A stretch of 64,000 nucleotides of DNA from an uncultured Verrucomicrobiae bacterium (GTDB lineage Bacteria > Verrucomicrobiota > Verrucomicrobiia > Chthoniobacterales > JAFAMB01), in the NCBI GenBank assembly GCA_963804425.1, contig CAWDQF010000001.1, positions 79,745-143,744 on the forward strand, in the 5' to 3' direction. The notes beneath the pieces are model-generated. The model had not been told where the DNA came from. It ran no database searches and saw nothing but the letters and a program-made list of their open reading frames with translations. Position numbers and translations under genes: made by a program. Position 1 is the first letter of the stretch, and the number at the start of each line of letters is the position of its first letter. Below are positions 20,242-31,245 of this stretch, piece after piece.

Positions 20242-22932
20242 TCAGTTCGATTGCGGCTTCCCAGCGGTGAATCTTGGGTCGACTTCGTTGAACCGCGCGA
20301 GTGCGGCTGCCAAGTCGTCGATGCGCGTCGGCTTACTCAGGTAGTCATCCATTCCAGCGGCAAGGCATCTTTCGCGGTCGCCTTCCATGGCGTTAGCCGT
20401 CAGGGCGACGATGTGCATTTGCCGTTTTGCATGACCGTTGTAGGTGGACTCACGCTCACGAATTTGTTGTGAGGTTTCGTAACCTCCCATTTCAGGCATG
20501 TGGCAATCCATCAAGATCAGGTCGTAATCTGTTCGTTCCAATGCACTCAGAACTTCCAAGCCGTTGGCAGCGGTATCCGCGTCGTAACCGAGTTTTCTGA
20601 GCTGGAAAAGCACGACCTTTTGATTAATCGGATTGTCTTCGGCTAAAAGTATTCGTACCGGGCCATAGATGGGATTGAGCGAAGGCGGAGGAACAGTCGG
20701 CGCGTTCGCTGGAGCCTGCACTACCGGAGGTGCTGGGGCTTCGCCAAGTAAGCGAATGAGACAATCAAATAGTCTTGCTTCCTTCACCGGCTTGAACAGG
20801 CACTCGGAGATACCGGCTTCCTGCATGGCGTGAGCATCGAGGCGCAGGCCAAGCGAAGTAAGCATGATTTTTCTGGTGCTCACAAATATTGGATCAGCCT
20901 GCATGGCGCGGGCGAGAGCTAAGCCGTCCATGCCGGGCATCTGCATATCCAGGATCGCTAAGCGGTACGGAAAACCGGACGCTGCAGCAGTATGGAGCAT
21001 GTGCAGAGCTTGCTCCGCAGAGGACGCATACTCATCGCGCATGTTCCATGCGGCAAGCTGATAGTGCAGCACTCGGCCATTCGTGGAGTTATCGTCCACC
21101 ACAAGGACTTTCATTTCAGCAAGATGATCCGTCCGCCGTCGCTTCAGGCTGATTGGCGCAGCCGAATGTTTGAGCTGGACCGTGAACCAGAACACTGAGC
21201 CGCGGCCCGGTTCGCTCTCTATCCCGATCTCTCCTTGCATCAATTCGACGAGACGCTTGCAAATGGCTAAACCGAGCCCGGTCCCGCCGTATTTACGTGT
21301 GGTCGAACCGTCCGCCTGAGTAAAGGCTTGAAAGAGTCGCGCCTGTGCTTCGGGGGCGATGCCGATGCCGGTGTCAAGGACCTGAAACCGCATGGTTACG
21401 TGTTGGGCATTCCTACACTCCTCAGAGACCTGCACTACGACCTCGCCGTTTTCGGTGAATTTAATGGCATTGCCAATGAGGTTGGTAAGGACCTGGCGAA
21501 TCCGCCCGGCGTCGCCACGAAGGTAAGTAGGAGTGTTAGGTGGGAGAAGTCCTGCTAGTTCCAGACCCTTGGTATGGGCGTTTTCCGCCAGTAGTTCCAG
21601 GGTGTCCTCGATAGTCTGGCGGAGATCGAAATCCTCCTCTACCAGCGATAGTTTGCCCGCTTCGATTTTCGAGAAATCAAGGATGTCGTTGAGGATAGTT
21701 AACAACGATTCAGCGCTGCCGCTCACCGTGCGGGCGAACTCGCGTTGTTCAGGCGTCAGCTCCGTATCGAGCAGCAGATCCGTCATACCGATCACAGCGT
21801 TCATGGGCGTGCGGATTTCATGGCTCATGTTCGCGAGGAACTCGGATTTAAGGCGCGCTGATTCGAGCGCGGCGTCGCGTGCTCGGGCTAGTTCCGTCTC
21901 CGCGTGTTTGCGTTCGGTTATATCTTCTGCGGTTCCGACATGGCCGACGAGTTGGCTCGGCGCGGTATGCATAGCCTTAGCTCGGGCATGCACCCAGCGT
22001 AGCTCCCGAGTCGGCGTTAGTAGGCGGTACTCGCGATCGAAATCGCTCCCGGATTGAGCTGCGATTTGCCATTCCTGCAATACCTTCCCCTGGTCATCCG
22101 GGTGGAGGGCCTCTGCCCATCTATCGCCGAGACTTTGTTCGAAGGACAAACCTGAAATTTCAGTCCAACAACGGTTGACGTACAGGTAACGGCCCAAGGA
22201 ATCGGTTTGGTAAATCCCAATCGGCGCGGTGGCGCTGAGTTGGCGAAACTTTTCTTCACTCGTGGCGAGCTCAGCGGTGCGCAAAACCACTTTGGATTCT
22301 ATCGCAGTGTTAACGGCCGCAAGCTGGGCCTGATGGGCCGCGACGTGCCGCATCTCGCGGAGGCTTTGGCGAATGGAAAGGACGAGGAATAGGTCTTCGA
22401 ATAGCACCCATCCGCCATGCTCTAGGGCTCGCCCGAGACCGGCGGCATGTACCCCAAATACCGATTCGGGCCAAAAGGCACCCCGCAGCAGATGATCGGC
22501 GAGCACTACTGCGGTGCCGGTGGCCAAGACCCGCCAGTCCCGGTAAAACGCCAAAAATGCAAGGGAACCAAAGACGTGGAAATGCGTTTCTATCCGGCCG
22601 CCTGAGAGATGAATGAATAATGCGGAAGTGAACATCTGTGCGATCGCCACAGCGTGGCGAGTCAGCGTGTGCCCTGGCCATTTCCAGATCAGCAGCAGTG
22701 GACAGGAGCAGATCACTCCACCAAGAAAAATCGCGGCCCAGACATGGGGATGAACTTGACTGGTTGTGCCGATCCATGCGCTTGGCGAAATCCAGAATGC
22801 CATTCCTATGCCCGCGAGCCATTGGAGCACTAGCAAACGAGCAAAGAGAGAATCTGTGTGACGGTAAATGCTATTCTGTTGCGCGAGAAAGTACTCCTCT
22901 GTCCGCAAACTGAGGGCATCATTCGAACTCAT
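20242..22932 (-). CDS. Hybrid sensor histidine kinase (membrane domain, PAS, HisKA, HATPase, two REC)
   Basis: [19 protein letters not shown], two receiver domains (LDMQMP, MDCHMP). Confidence 0.95.
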   Translation of the reverse strand: MSSNDALSLRTEEYFLAQQNSIYRHTDSLFARLLVLQWLAGIGMAFWISPSAWIGTTSQVHPHVWAAIFLGGVICSCPLLLIWKWPGHTLTRHAVAIAQMFTSALFIHLSGGRIETHFHVFGSLAFLAFYRDWRVLATGTAVVLADHLLRGAFWPESVFGVHAAGLGRALEHGGWVLFEDLFLVLSIRQSLREMRHVAAHQAQLAAVNTAIESKVVLRTAELATSEEKFRQLSATAPIGIYQTDSLGRYLYVNRCWTEISGLSFEQSLGDRWAEALHPDDQGKVLQEWQIAAQSGSDFDREYRLLTPTRELRWVHARAKAMHTAPSQLVGHVGTAEDITERKHAETELARARDAALESARLKSEFLANMSHEIRTPMNAVIGMTDLLLDTELTPEQREFARTVSGSAESLLTILNDILDFSKIEAGKLSLVEEDFDLRQTIEDTLELLAENAHTKGLELAGLLPPNTPTYLRGDAGRIRQVLTNLIGNAIKFTENGEVVVQVSEECRNAQHVTMRFQVLDTGIGIAPEAQARLFQAFTQADGSTTRKYGGTGLGLAICKRLVELMQGEIGIESEPGRGSVFWFTVQLKHSAAPISLKRRRTDHLAEMKVLVVDDNSTNGRVLHYQLAAWNMRDEYASSAEQALHMLHTAAASGFPYRLAILDMQMPGMDGLALARAMQADPIFVSTRKIMLTSLGLRLDAHAMQEAGISECLFKPVKEARLFDCLIRLLGEAPAPPVVQAPANAPTVPPPSLNPIYGPVRILLAEDNPINQKVVLFQLRKLGYDADTAANGLEVLSALERTDYDLILMDCHMPEMGGYETSQQIRERESTYNGHAKRQMHIVALTANAMEGDRERCLAAGMDDYLSKPTRIDDLAAALARFNEVDPRFTAGKPQSN

Positions 22933-23561
22933 GGTATGCGAGAGGTAGACTCATCGAAGAGCGGGCATCCGAAAACCGGTGTCCTAGCCAGAGGGATCGT
23001 GCCCGTGTTGGCATAGGACCGGACGGCGGAGCACCCGGCATTCTCTCCGCTATGGCCGCGGGCGCCTGTGATGCCACCGTGAAATCTCAAATTGCCTGAA
23101 GCGTCGTAGAGGAGCGTTTCACCGGATATCGTAACACGAAAGAGTTGCGCCTCTCGACCCTCCGCATCGCTAATGACAGCAGTTCCTGGCAATTGCGAGG
23201 CGGCGCGCCACAAATCGGTGTGAGTCCAGGAATCCTCTTCTCCCGGCGGCTTGAGGAAAATGACCTGTGCATGAAGTTGTCCCGCCGAGTGCGCGAGAAG
23301 AACAGCGAGTTCGCTGATGCTAGCTCGCGAGCAGGGGCAGTTTGGATGCACAAACATGACGAGTGTCGATGCTCCGGGCGCACGCTGAAGGGAAGAAGAT
23401 TCGGGCCACCGATCAGGAGGAGTACCGCTCTTTCCCGGCGCAACGCTGTAAATCCAGAGGGCGGTCATGCCCGTACAGGCCAGTAACAACCACAAAGCGA
23501 AAGCGATCGGTAAGGCAAGCGATCCGGTCGTTTTCGGCTTAGCGGGTAGTGCGACTTGCAT
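22929..23561 (-). CDS. RedB-like membrane-anchored thioredoxin-fold protein
   Basis: N-terminal TM, HPNCPCSRAS, GGITGARGH, PVFGC; overlaps the kinase start. Confidence 0.7.
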   Translation of the reverse strand: MQVALPAKPKTTGSLALPIAFALWLLLACTGMTALWIYSVAPGKSGTPPDRWPESSSLQRAPGASTLVMFVHPNCPCSRASISELAVLLAHSAGQLHAQVIFLKPPGEEDSWTHTDLWRAASQLPGTAVISDAEGREAQLFRVTISGETLLYDASGNLRFHGGITGARGHSGENAGCSAVRSYANTGTIPLARTPVFGCPLFDESTSRIP

Positions 23562-23820
23562 GAAGCATCTATCGACTACCGGCGCAGTCGGTTTAAGAAT
23601 ATTAATATTTTCTAGAATTATAAATAGCGAGTGGATTAAGGAGAAGGATGCAGAAATAGGTGGATAATGTCATCGCCCGGGGCTGGAAACGGGCGAGTTA
23701 TCTTGCCGAGTGGAACTGCGCAGAAAGAGCATGTGCACAACACGCCCGATCCGCGGAGCGGACACACAGCGTCCAGATTACCGGGTAGACGATCGCTGAA
23801 GATCGGGCGAGAGAATACGC

Positions 23821-24801
23821 ATGAGTACTCCTCTTACTCGACGACTTGGTGCGCATGAACTTCCAGCGATCGGAATGGGTTGCTGGGCGATCGGCGGGCC
23901 GTTTTGGTTTGGTACCCAGCCGCTCGGCTGGGGCGAAGTGGACGATAAAGAGTCAATCGCCGCCATTCACAAAGCGCTCGATCTCGGAATCACCTTTTTC
24001 GATACCGCAAACATTTACGGATGCGGACATAGCGAACGGGTTGTCGGGAGCACTCTCCAGGGCGTTCGCGAGCAGGTGATCATCGCCACCAAATTTGGGA
24101 ATACGTTCGATGAATCCACTCGCCAAAAGACCGGACAAGACGCTTCCCCGGAAGGGATTCGCCGGGCCTGCGAGGAGAGTCTACAACGGCTAGGCACAAC
24201 TTATATCGACCTTTATCAATTTCACTTGAACGACTACGATCTGGAGAAGGCGGCTGAGGTGCGCGAAGCTCTCGAAGAACTGGTAGCCACCGGAAAAATT
24301 CGATCTTATGGGTGGAGCACTGATTTTCCGGAGAGAGCCAAAGTGTTCGCCGAAGGCAAGCACAATGTTGCCGTTCAGCATGAGCTCAGCGTTTTCTTTG
24401 ATGCGTCCGAAATGCTGCGGTTTTGTGAAGAACGAGGACTTGCGAGCATCAATCGTTCTCCACTGGCGATGGGACTGCTAACAGGCAAATTTGATGCGAA
24501 ATCACGATTAAACGCGGATGACGTACGCGGCATACAGCCCGAGTGGCTTCGCTATTTCGACGGAGGTCAACCCAAACCGGAATGGCTGGAACGGGTGGCC
24601 GCCATTCGAAAGATCCTGACGAGCGACGGAAGAACGCTCACTCAAGGCGCTCTAGCCTGGATCTGGGCACGCTGCCCGCAGACCATTCCAATCCCGGGGT
24701 TCCGCACGGTCAAACAGGTGGAGGAGAACGTGGCTGCCCTTCGATTTGGGTCGCTCAGTGAGGCAGCGCTCCAGGAGATTGCGGGCTTGCTGACAAAGTG
24801 A
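23821..24801 (+). CDS. Aldo/keto reductase
   Basis: GMGCWAIGG, FDTANIYG, IATKFG, PIPGFR. Confidence 0.93.
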   Translation: MSTPLTRRLGAHELPAIGMGCWAIGGPFWFGTQPLGWGEVDDKESIAAIHKALDLGITFFDTANIYGCGHSERVVGSTLQGVREQVIIATKFGNTFDESTRQKTGQDASPEGIRRACEESLQRLGTTYIDLYQFHLNDYDLEKAAEVREALEELVATGKIRSYGWSTDFPERAKVFAEGKHNVAVQHELSVFFDASEMLRFCEERGLASINRSPLAMGLLTGKFDAKSRLNADDVRGIQPEWLRYFDGGQPKPEWLERVAAIRKILTSDGRTLTQGALAWIWARCPQTIPIPGFRTVKQVEENVAALRFGSLSEAALQEIAGLLTK

Positions 24802-24884
24802 TCCAAAAAAGATACCCGCAAGGAACGCAAAGCCGCTGAGTCCAGACAAAGTGATCGGTGAGAAGTGAGACGTGAGATCACCGA

Positions 24885-26567
24885 TCACTTTGGCTCCCGA
24901 TTGGTCCTTTTGTCGTCCGCTCCTCCGGGTTCCTTTACCGTCTGCACCGGCTTCAATCGCGACATTACCGACTCCTCGGGGACCCAGTGCTGGATCCCGA
25001 GGTGGCGCTTAGGACTCGGCAAATTCGGCCCGATGTGCAGCGTCCAGAGCTCAGACCACAGCGCGTGTTCGTCTCGCGTGATTCGCCGATCGAGTCGTTC
25101 GACAGCACCCCATGAACTGTACATGGCCTGTAAGCGGAATCGATTTGGATTATCCATATCCTGGTCGAGCCGAGCGTTGAATGCACCGTTCCGGAGAAAG
25201 ATCAGCCTGATCTTTCTGGTCAACCGGAAGAACCGGATATGGTTTTCCGGTGCGACCTCGATCTCTACCGCCGCAGTGATTGGTCCGTCGTCGGTTTCTG
25301 GTAAGTAGAGATGCTGAGGTTCGAACGGCAGCGGGTCAGGTTCCAAGTTGGTCTCTGTGGAGAAATCGATCGACCATCGTTTCGCAGTGAGCGCGCTGCC
25401 GACTCCCAGCGCACTGGCTGAGAACAACGCCCACTCTAGACTCAGCGCAGTCGCTAGCGCACCCCACACAATTCCGGCTAACGCCATGCCGCCTTGCGAC
25501 AGCATCATGTGAGTGGCATTCATCCGGCCTCGGATCCAATCCGGTATGACCCGCTGGCCGGCTACCCAAAGCTCCGAAGCAGAAACTGTCCAAGCAGCTC
25601 CGGCTAACGCTGAAACGATAAAGAAAAACTGCGGATTGCGCACGACCGCCATCAACGCGTAACTCAAGGCTAAGACAAACCCGCTCAACACGGTCATCTG
25701 ATTCGGTGTGAGCCTCTTTCGGGCGGGCTCGAGGATGAACAGAGCGCCGGCCAATGACCCGAGGCCCATACAGGTGAATACGAAGCCGAGCTTCAACGGG
25801 TCGAGGTGAAGAGCCTTTAGCCCAACCACCGGTAGCAACGCTGGGATCGCTCCGATCAGCACGCCGAAGATAAAATTTCGCAGCAGAACGATTTGAACGC
25901 CCGGTGCGTATCGCATGTATCGGACGGCTCCGGCCAATGAGTCGAAAAAGCTTTCCAGCGGTGTGTCGAGCATTTCGCTTTTGCGCTTCCAAGTCATTAC
26001 CGCGAACAGCACTAGAACGAAGGCCAACGCGTTCAAGGCAAACACGCTGCTCACGCCAACCAGGGGCACCAAGAAACCGCCAATCGCCGGACCAATAATA
26101 CCCGCTAAGTTCATCTGGATTCCGCCAAGCGCGATTGCGGAGGGAAGTTGTTCTCGACCTACGATCTCGGGTATCGAGGCTGAAGCGACCGGGGCCTGAA
26201 AGGCAAAACCGGTTCCGAGCAGAAAGACACCGGCGAGGATGATCTCGGGAGTCAATCCGCCCAAAAAGGAACAGACGGCCAGCAGACCCGCGCTTCCGGC
26301 CAACCAACAGTTAAAAATGCGCAGCAGCCGGCGACGGTCGGCAAGGTCGGCGAGAGCGCCGGCAGGCAAAGTAAACAGAAAAAAAGGAAATGTGCCGGCT
26401 GAGGACATCATCGAGAGCCAAAGAGTTGGCACCCGCAGAGAATTCATCGCCCAGGTCGCGGCCATTTCGTGAGCCGAAACGCAGCAACCCGACACGACTA
26501 AAGCAGACCACACACGAAGATAGGTCGGGTTACGCAATGAGGACCAGATGGATGTATTAGCTGTCAC
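24885..26567 (-). CDS. MFS transporter with C-terminal soluble domain
   Basis: GALADLADRRR motif A, about 12 hydrophobic segments, extra C-terminal domain. Confidence 0.88.
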   Translation of the reverse strand: MTANTSIWSSLRNPTYLRVWSALVVSGCCVSAHEMAATWAMNSLRVPTLWLSMMSSAGTFPFFLFTLPAGALADLADRRRLLRIFNCWLAGSAGLLAVCSFLGGLTPEIILAGVFLLGTGFAFQAPVASASIPEIVGREQLPSAIALGGIQMNLAGIIGPAIGGFLVPLVGVSSVFALNALAFVLVLFAVMTWKRKSEMLDTPLESFFDSLAGAVRYMRYAPGVQIVLLRNFIFGVLIGAIPALLPVVGLKALHLDPLKLGFVFTCMGLGSLAGALFILEPARKRLTPNQMTVLSGFVLALSYALMAVVRNPQFFFIVSALAGAAWTVSASELWVAGQRVIPDWIRGRMNATHMMLSQGGMALAGIVWGALATALSLEWALFSASALGVGSALTAKRWSIDFSTETNLEPDPLPFEPQHLYLPETDDGPITAAVEIEVAPENHIRFFRLTRKIRLIFLRNGAFNARLDQDMDNPNRFRLQAMYSSWGAVERLDRRITRDEHALWSELWTLHIGPNLPSPKRHLGIQHWVPEESVMSRLKPVQTVKEPGGADDKRTNREPK

Positions 26568-26654
26568 GACACTTGGAAACGCGGGGATTCGTTAGCGTGA
26601 ACTTTTCTTTCGTGGTTAATCAAATTTCCGTTCGCCAAATAGTAATCTGCTCAG

Positions 26655-27023
26655 CTAATTACGATAGCAAAGTTCGATCAAAATGTTCCCGTGGCAGACC
26701 TTTGGGTAGCACCAACAACCTAATACTTTGCCGCGCAACTCCGGCAACCGTGCCAGTAAGTCCGGTCTTTGCGAAATGTAGCTCCGATATTCGTTTACCG
26801 CCCGATCATGGTCCGTTTTTCGGCCTTTGGCCGGATTAAACCAGGGAGAACGCTGGTAGTGCGTATGGCGTACCGAGTCGCCGATGTAAACAAAGCACCC
26901 GGATCCCTCAGCCCACGTGACGAGGTCTTCGTCGGCGCGCCGCCCTTTTGTCTTTCTGACATTCGCGACCACGGAACCGCCTGCCTCTACCGTCCGTTTT
27001 CTCTCAACTTCGTCGGATCTCAT
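26655..27023 (-). CDS. DUF4326-like protein
   Basis: VYIG...SPWFNP...LRGKVLGCWCYPKVCHG. Confidence 0.8.
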   Translation of the reverse strand: MRSDEVERKRTVEAGGSVVANVRKTKGRRADEDLVTWAEGSGCFVYIGDSVRHTHYQRSPWFNPAKGRKTDHDRAVNEYRSYISQRPDLLARLPELRGKVLGCWCYPKVCHGNILIELCYRN

Positions 27024-27065
27024 TCGTCTGAGCGAATGACCAATAGCCGGAGTTTGCGCAGCGGG

Positions 27066-27524
27066 CTAAATCCTCTTTTCGAAACAGACTGCCGTCGCGT
27101 CGTCCTCGAAGGGATGGAAGTTCGGTACTCGATAGAACCCATCTTTGCCGTAAAGCGCCATTGATTCCGGCTGTTTCACCCCGGTCTCCAAACGGATGGC
27201 GTCGTAATCAAACTCTCGAGCAAACCGTTCGAGTTCGTTCAGAATCTTGTTGGCAATCCCGTGACGGCGTTCACCGGGTACGACAAACATCCGCTTTATT
27301 TCTGCCAACTCTTCTTCCATCGGCACCAAAGCTCCGCAGCCGATCGCTTTTCCTTCCGATCTGACAACCAGAAAAACACTCCTGGGGAATGACACGAGCT
27401 CGGGATCGAAATAGCCGACATCGGCCGGAGGCTGGTCGTAACGTTTTCGAACTTCGTCGATAAACGCCGACAAAAGCTCCTGAGCCTCCGGCGACCGTGG
27501 GTCTTCTGGTGCAATGGTAATCAA
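27066..27524 (-). CDS. GNAT N-acetyltransferase
   Basis: GCGAL, EIKRMFV, RLETGVKQPE. Confidence 0.9.
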   Translation of the reverse strand: MITIAPEDPRSPEAQELLSAFIDEVRKRYDQPPADVGYFDPELVSFPRSVFLVVRSEGKAIGCGALVPMEEELAEIKRMFVVPGERRHGIANKILNELERFAREFDYDAIRLETGVKQPESMALYGKDGFYRVPNFHPFEDDATAVCFEKRI

Positions 27525-27725
27525 TCGATGAAACCCCTTTACTAGATCCAGGGTATCAATGCCACGTTTTTGCTTTACATTTTTGGCTTTGGCAAGTCTA
27601 CCTGTTGCTCGCGGCTTGGGTGAAGCGGCCGCCGAAACGGACTCGCTCAGAAAGCGACAGCTTTTCGATGGTTGGTTTCGTTTTAGTCGCTAGCGCTCCG
27701 TGCATCGGAGCAAAACAAAAGCATC

Positions 27726-28088
27726 ATGAAGCTACCTAACATTTTTGAGAAAGAAGTGACTCCTGAGACGTTCCCGGCAGGTAACGTCATATTCCGGCAA
27801 GGCGAAAATGGAGAGTCGATGTACGTGGTGAAGTCCGGTGAGGTTGATCTGTATATCCATGATAAGCTGGTTGAGACCGTAGGGGTTGATGGTTTTTTTG
27901 GTGAGGTGGCGCTCCTTGGGCATGTTCCGCGCAGCGGCACAGCGAAGGCAAAAACGGATTGCACATTGATCCCAATTAACGAGCGGCATTTTCTGTTTAT
28001 GGTCGAGGAGACGCCTTTCTTTGCTTTGTTGGTGCTCCGAGCGATGGCGTTTCGGTTACGACGGCATAATGAGGTTGCGTCAAGCTGA
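27726..28088 (+). CDS. Stand-alone cyclic nucleotide-binding domain protein
   Basis: IFRQGE, FGEVALL, PRSGTA. Confidence 0.9.
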   Translation: MKLPNIFEKEVTPETFPAGNVIFRQGENGESMYVVKSGEVDLYIHDKLVETVGVDGFFGEVALLGHVPRSGTAKAKTDCTLIPINERHFLFMVEETPFFALLVLRAMAFRLRRHNEVASS

Positions 28089-28319
28089 TATTTTCCTCAA
28101 CGGCCGTTTTCGTTTGATAGATTGAGACATACGCGTCGATCGAAGGGAGCTGCTTGCAGCTCCCGGGAATAATCCGGCTGCGAAACCGAGGGATCGAACC
28201 CAGCAGGTAGGCGTCTGTGCCATGGCTCGTCCCCGGGAGCCGCAAGCGACTACCCTCCGATCGATGGGCTTATTACACAGAGGCAATTGGTTGGCGTAGG
28301 GAGCTTTGCTACGGGGATT

Positions 28320-29333
28320 TCACGATCTGCCAGGCAACCACGCCTTTTTGCCGGATTGGAGACGCTGCAGTAGCAGAGGGCCGCCAGCCCCCAGCACGAC
28401 GAGGATGCCGATGACGCAGCGGTCGTAGTAGGAAGAAACGCCGAGAAGAATCAGTGAGTTGTTAATAATGGTCACGAGGAAAACCCCCATCAGGGTGCCA
28501 AAAACACTGCCTCTACCTCCGGTGATTCTGGTTCCGCCAAGCACAACTGCTGCTAATACATTGAGCTCTGTACCGACCAAATCGAACGGGTTGGCAACGC
28601 GTATCTGTGAGCCATGGACGATTCCGGCGATGCCGGCGATAATGCCGATCGCCACGTAGATAAAGAATCGAATCCGCGCGACCGGAATCCCGAGTCGATC
28701 GCTCGCGACTTCGCTTCCGCCAATAGCGTAGATTGATCGTCCGAGCATCGTGTAACGCACCAGAACGGCAACGAGAATCGCGACAATCACCAGAGCCAAG
28801 GTCGTTGCCGGTAAGCTAAACAGACTGCCATCAGCCAGCTGGCCCCGATAAAGGAAGGCCCGCGATAACTGAAGCATGCTATCGGGGATGTCAGTGATAT
28901 GTTTGGTCCCGACAAAGGTCAATAGGATCCCTCGGAACAGATTCAACGTTCCGAGAGTCACGATCAGAGTGGGTAAACGAAAGAGAGCGATCAGCGTTGC
29001 GTTGAAAGCGCCGAGGATTCCCCCAATTACTGCGGCAACGAGAAAGATGGAAAACAGTGAGCCATGAGGATCGATCTGCACAAAGAGTTTGACCGTGGCG
29101 TACATCGACAATGCGCCCACCGCAGTGAAGGAGACGTCGAGCCCGCCGGAAAGCAGAGCCAGGTAAACGCCTAGGGCAAAGAGACCGGTGGTTATGCTAT
29201 CTCGAACCAGATCGAGCAGATTGGGAGCGCTCAGAAAAACCGGATTGATGCAGGTGACGACCGCGCATAGAACGACCATCGTCAGCAGGATCACTCCTTC
29301 CGACGAACGTAAATATTTCAACAACCAACCCAT
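28320..29333 (-). CDS. Sugar ABC transporter permease
   Basis: GGLDVS, GRSIYAIGG, ELNVLAAVVLGG. Confidence 0.92.
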   Translation of the reverse strand: MGWLLKYLRSSEGVILLTMVVLCAVVTCINPVFLSAPNLLDLVRDSITTGLFALGVYLALLSGGLDVSFTAVGALSMYATVKLFVQIDPHGSLFSIFLVAAVIGGILGAFNATLIALFRLPTLIVTLGTLNLFRGILLTFVGTKHITDIPDSMLQLSRAFLYRGQLADGSLFSLPATTLALVIVAILVAVLVRYTMLGRSIYAIGGSEVASDRLGIPVARIRFFIYVAIGIIAGIAGIVHGSQIRVANPFDLVGTELNVLAAVVLGGTRITGGRGSVFGTLMGVFLVTIINNSLILLGVSSYYDRCVIGILVVLGAGGPLLLQRLQSGKKAWLPGRS

Positions 29334-29336
29334 GCG

Positions 29337-30824
29337 TTACTCCATCGTTACCTCACGTGCCAAGGTTTGAAGATCCAGACTGCGCGCAGAATGCTCGTTG
29401 GTTAGTTTTCCGTCTGCTATTACCAGGATGCGATGGCAAACGCTGAGTAATTCAGGAAGATCGTCGGAAACGACGAGGATTCCGGTACCCGCTTTGGCCA
29501 ATGCCGCGATCAAGAGGTGAATTTCATGTTTCGATCCGACATCGACTCCGATTGTCGGCCCATTCAGGATTAAGAGTTTCGGATTCAGATCGAGATAACG
29601 AGCGATCAGTACGCGTTGTTGGTTACCACCGGAAAGGGTTTGGACCGGGTCACGGCCACTTTGAGTCTTGATATCGAGCTGGCGGATAAACGCCTCGCCG
29701 TCGCGCCGGAGCCGCTCCTGGTCGAGCAGGCCAAATGAGACACGCTGGCCCATGTTCGCGATAAGCATATTGTCGAAGATTTCCTGCTCGAGAAATAGGC
29801 CCTCACTCAGGCGATCCTCCGGAACGTAACCGATGCCCAACCGCTGCGCCTCCCGGACGGTCCGAGGATGAATTTCTTGCTCATCGAGCCGCACGGTTCC
29901 CGAGTCTGCCGGCATGTGACCGGCGAGACTTAGCGCCAGCTCGGAACGTCCAGAACCCAATAAGCCGGTGAGGCCGACGATTTCGCCGTGTCGTACCTGA
30001 AAGCTAACGTCGCGGTAATGCGGCTCGGTGGTCAAGGACTGCACCTCTAAGAGCGGCGGAAGATCGGTTGCCGGAGCGGGCGGTTGTAGTCTTTCTATCT
30101 GGATCCGACGCCCGGTAATCGCTTCACTGAGCTGAGCGGTAGTGAAATCTGTGATTGCCCCGAAAGTAACTACTTCGCCGTTTCTGATCACGGTCACGTG
30201 ATCGCAGATTTCGTGGATCTCTTCCAATTTGTGCGTAACGAAAATAAAGCTGACCCGCTCCTGGCGGATCGCATGAACAATTTGGAAAAGCGTTCGTACT
30301 TCGCGTTTGGTGAGTGCGGAGGTTGGCTCATCCATGATGATGATCTTGGAGCGGTTGCTCAGGGCACGGGCGATGGCGACGAGTTGCTGATTTGAAACCG
30401 GTAACTCCTCAACCAGCGCATCCAACGGGATGTGCACTCTCATCTTTTCCAGAATCGCCTGCGCTTGTTGGCGGAAACGTCGAAAGTCGATCAACCTGCG
30501 ATGCCGAGAGACACTATCCAGAAAGGCGATGTTCTCGAAAACCGACAGGTTGGGGAGCAGGGAGAAATCCTGATAGATTACACTCAGGCCAAGATCAATT
30601 CGCCCGAGCGCATTCACCTTGGTGGCGTCATGCCCATCGATAAAGACCTTTCCATCGTCCGGTTTCAACGTTCCGGCGATAATCTTAATAAGCGTCGATT
30701 TGCCGGACCCATTTTCTCCGGCGAGACAGTGAACTGACGCGGGTTCGACCGCCAGAGTCACGTTCCTGAGGACAGGAACACGGACGTACGTTTTCGAGAT
30801 GTCCTGGGCGAGTAGCGAAGCCAT
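29337..30824 (-). CDS. Sugar ABC transporter ATP-binding protein
   Basis: GENGSGKST, DEPT, LSGGNQQ; two NBD halves. Confidence 0.94.
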   Translation of the reverse strand: MASLLAQDISKTYVRVPVLRNVTLAVEPASVHCLAGENGSGKSTLIKIIAGTLKPDDGKVFIDGHDATKVNALGRIDLGLSVIYQDFSLLPNLSVFENIAFLDSVSRHRRLIDFRRFRQQAQAILEKMRVHIPLDALVEELPVSNQQLVAIARALSNRSKIIIMDEPTSALTKREVRTLFQIVHAIRQERVSFIFVTHKLEEIHEICDHVTVIRNGEVVTFGAITDFTTAQLSEAITGRRIQIERLQPPAPATDLPPLLEVQSLTTEPHYRDVSFQVRHGEIVGLTGLLGSGRSELALSLAGHMPADSGTVRLDEQEIHPRTVREAQRLGIGYVPEDRLSEGLFLEQEIFDNMLIANMGQRVSFGLLDQERLRRDGEAFIRQLDIKTQSGRDPVQTLSGGNQQRVLIARYLDLNPKLLILNGPTIGVDVGSKHEIHLLIAALAKAGTGILVVSDDLPELLSVCHRILVIADGKLTNEHSARSLDLQTLAREVTME

Positions 30825-30860
30825 GTTGTTTTGAAATCAGAAAAAGAGGTCACGCAAAGA

Positions 30861-30896
30861 CCTGCCCGCAACGCTTCGCGTAGCGATGCGGGCGGG
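30861..30896. repeat. REP-like palindrome
   Basis: CCTGCCCGCAACGCT...AGCGATGCGGGCGGG imperfect hairpin. Confidence 0.55.
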
Positions 30897-31245
30897 CGCA
30901 CCGGCGCTAAGGACAGGCAGACGGAGCAACGGATACGGAATATAGAAACCGGGGTCGGTAGCGGCCACTGTCACGCTATGTTCAGTGTTTGATCCTTCAC
31001 GAGCTCTGGCGCAGAGCGAGCGCCTATGTCATATCACAAAACGCGCCATTCGTTGGGGAGGGATCGCGGCCTCTCCGACATAGCCTTCAATGCGTCATGT
31101 TCAAATTCATGCACTGGGCGACGTCGCGATCCGCGCGATCTGCGGCGCACTAGGACGTGCGCCCTCCCGGCCTCTGCGTGGGGACGATTGATTCCTTTCG
31201 CGAATGTGCCGCAAAATGGCGTCGGCCGGCAGCTACCGTTCGATT

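Noticed and set aside
27540-27725. Riboswitch upstream of the cNMP-binding gene
   Set aside because: No recognisable aptamer consensus.
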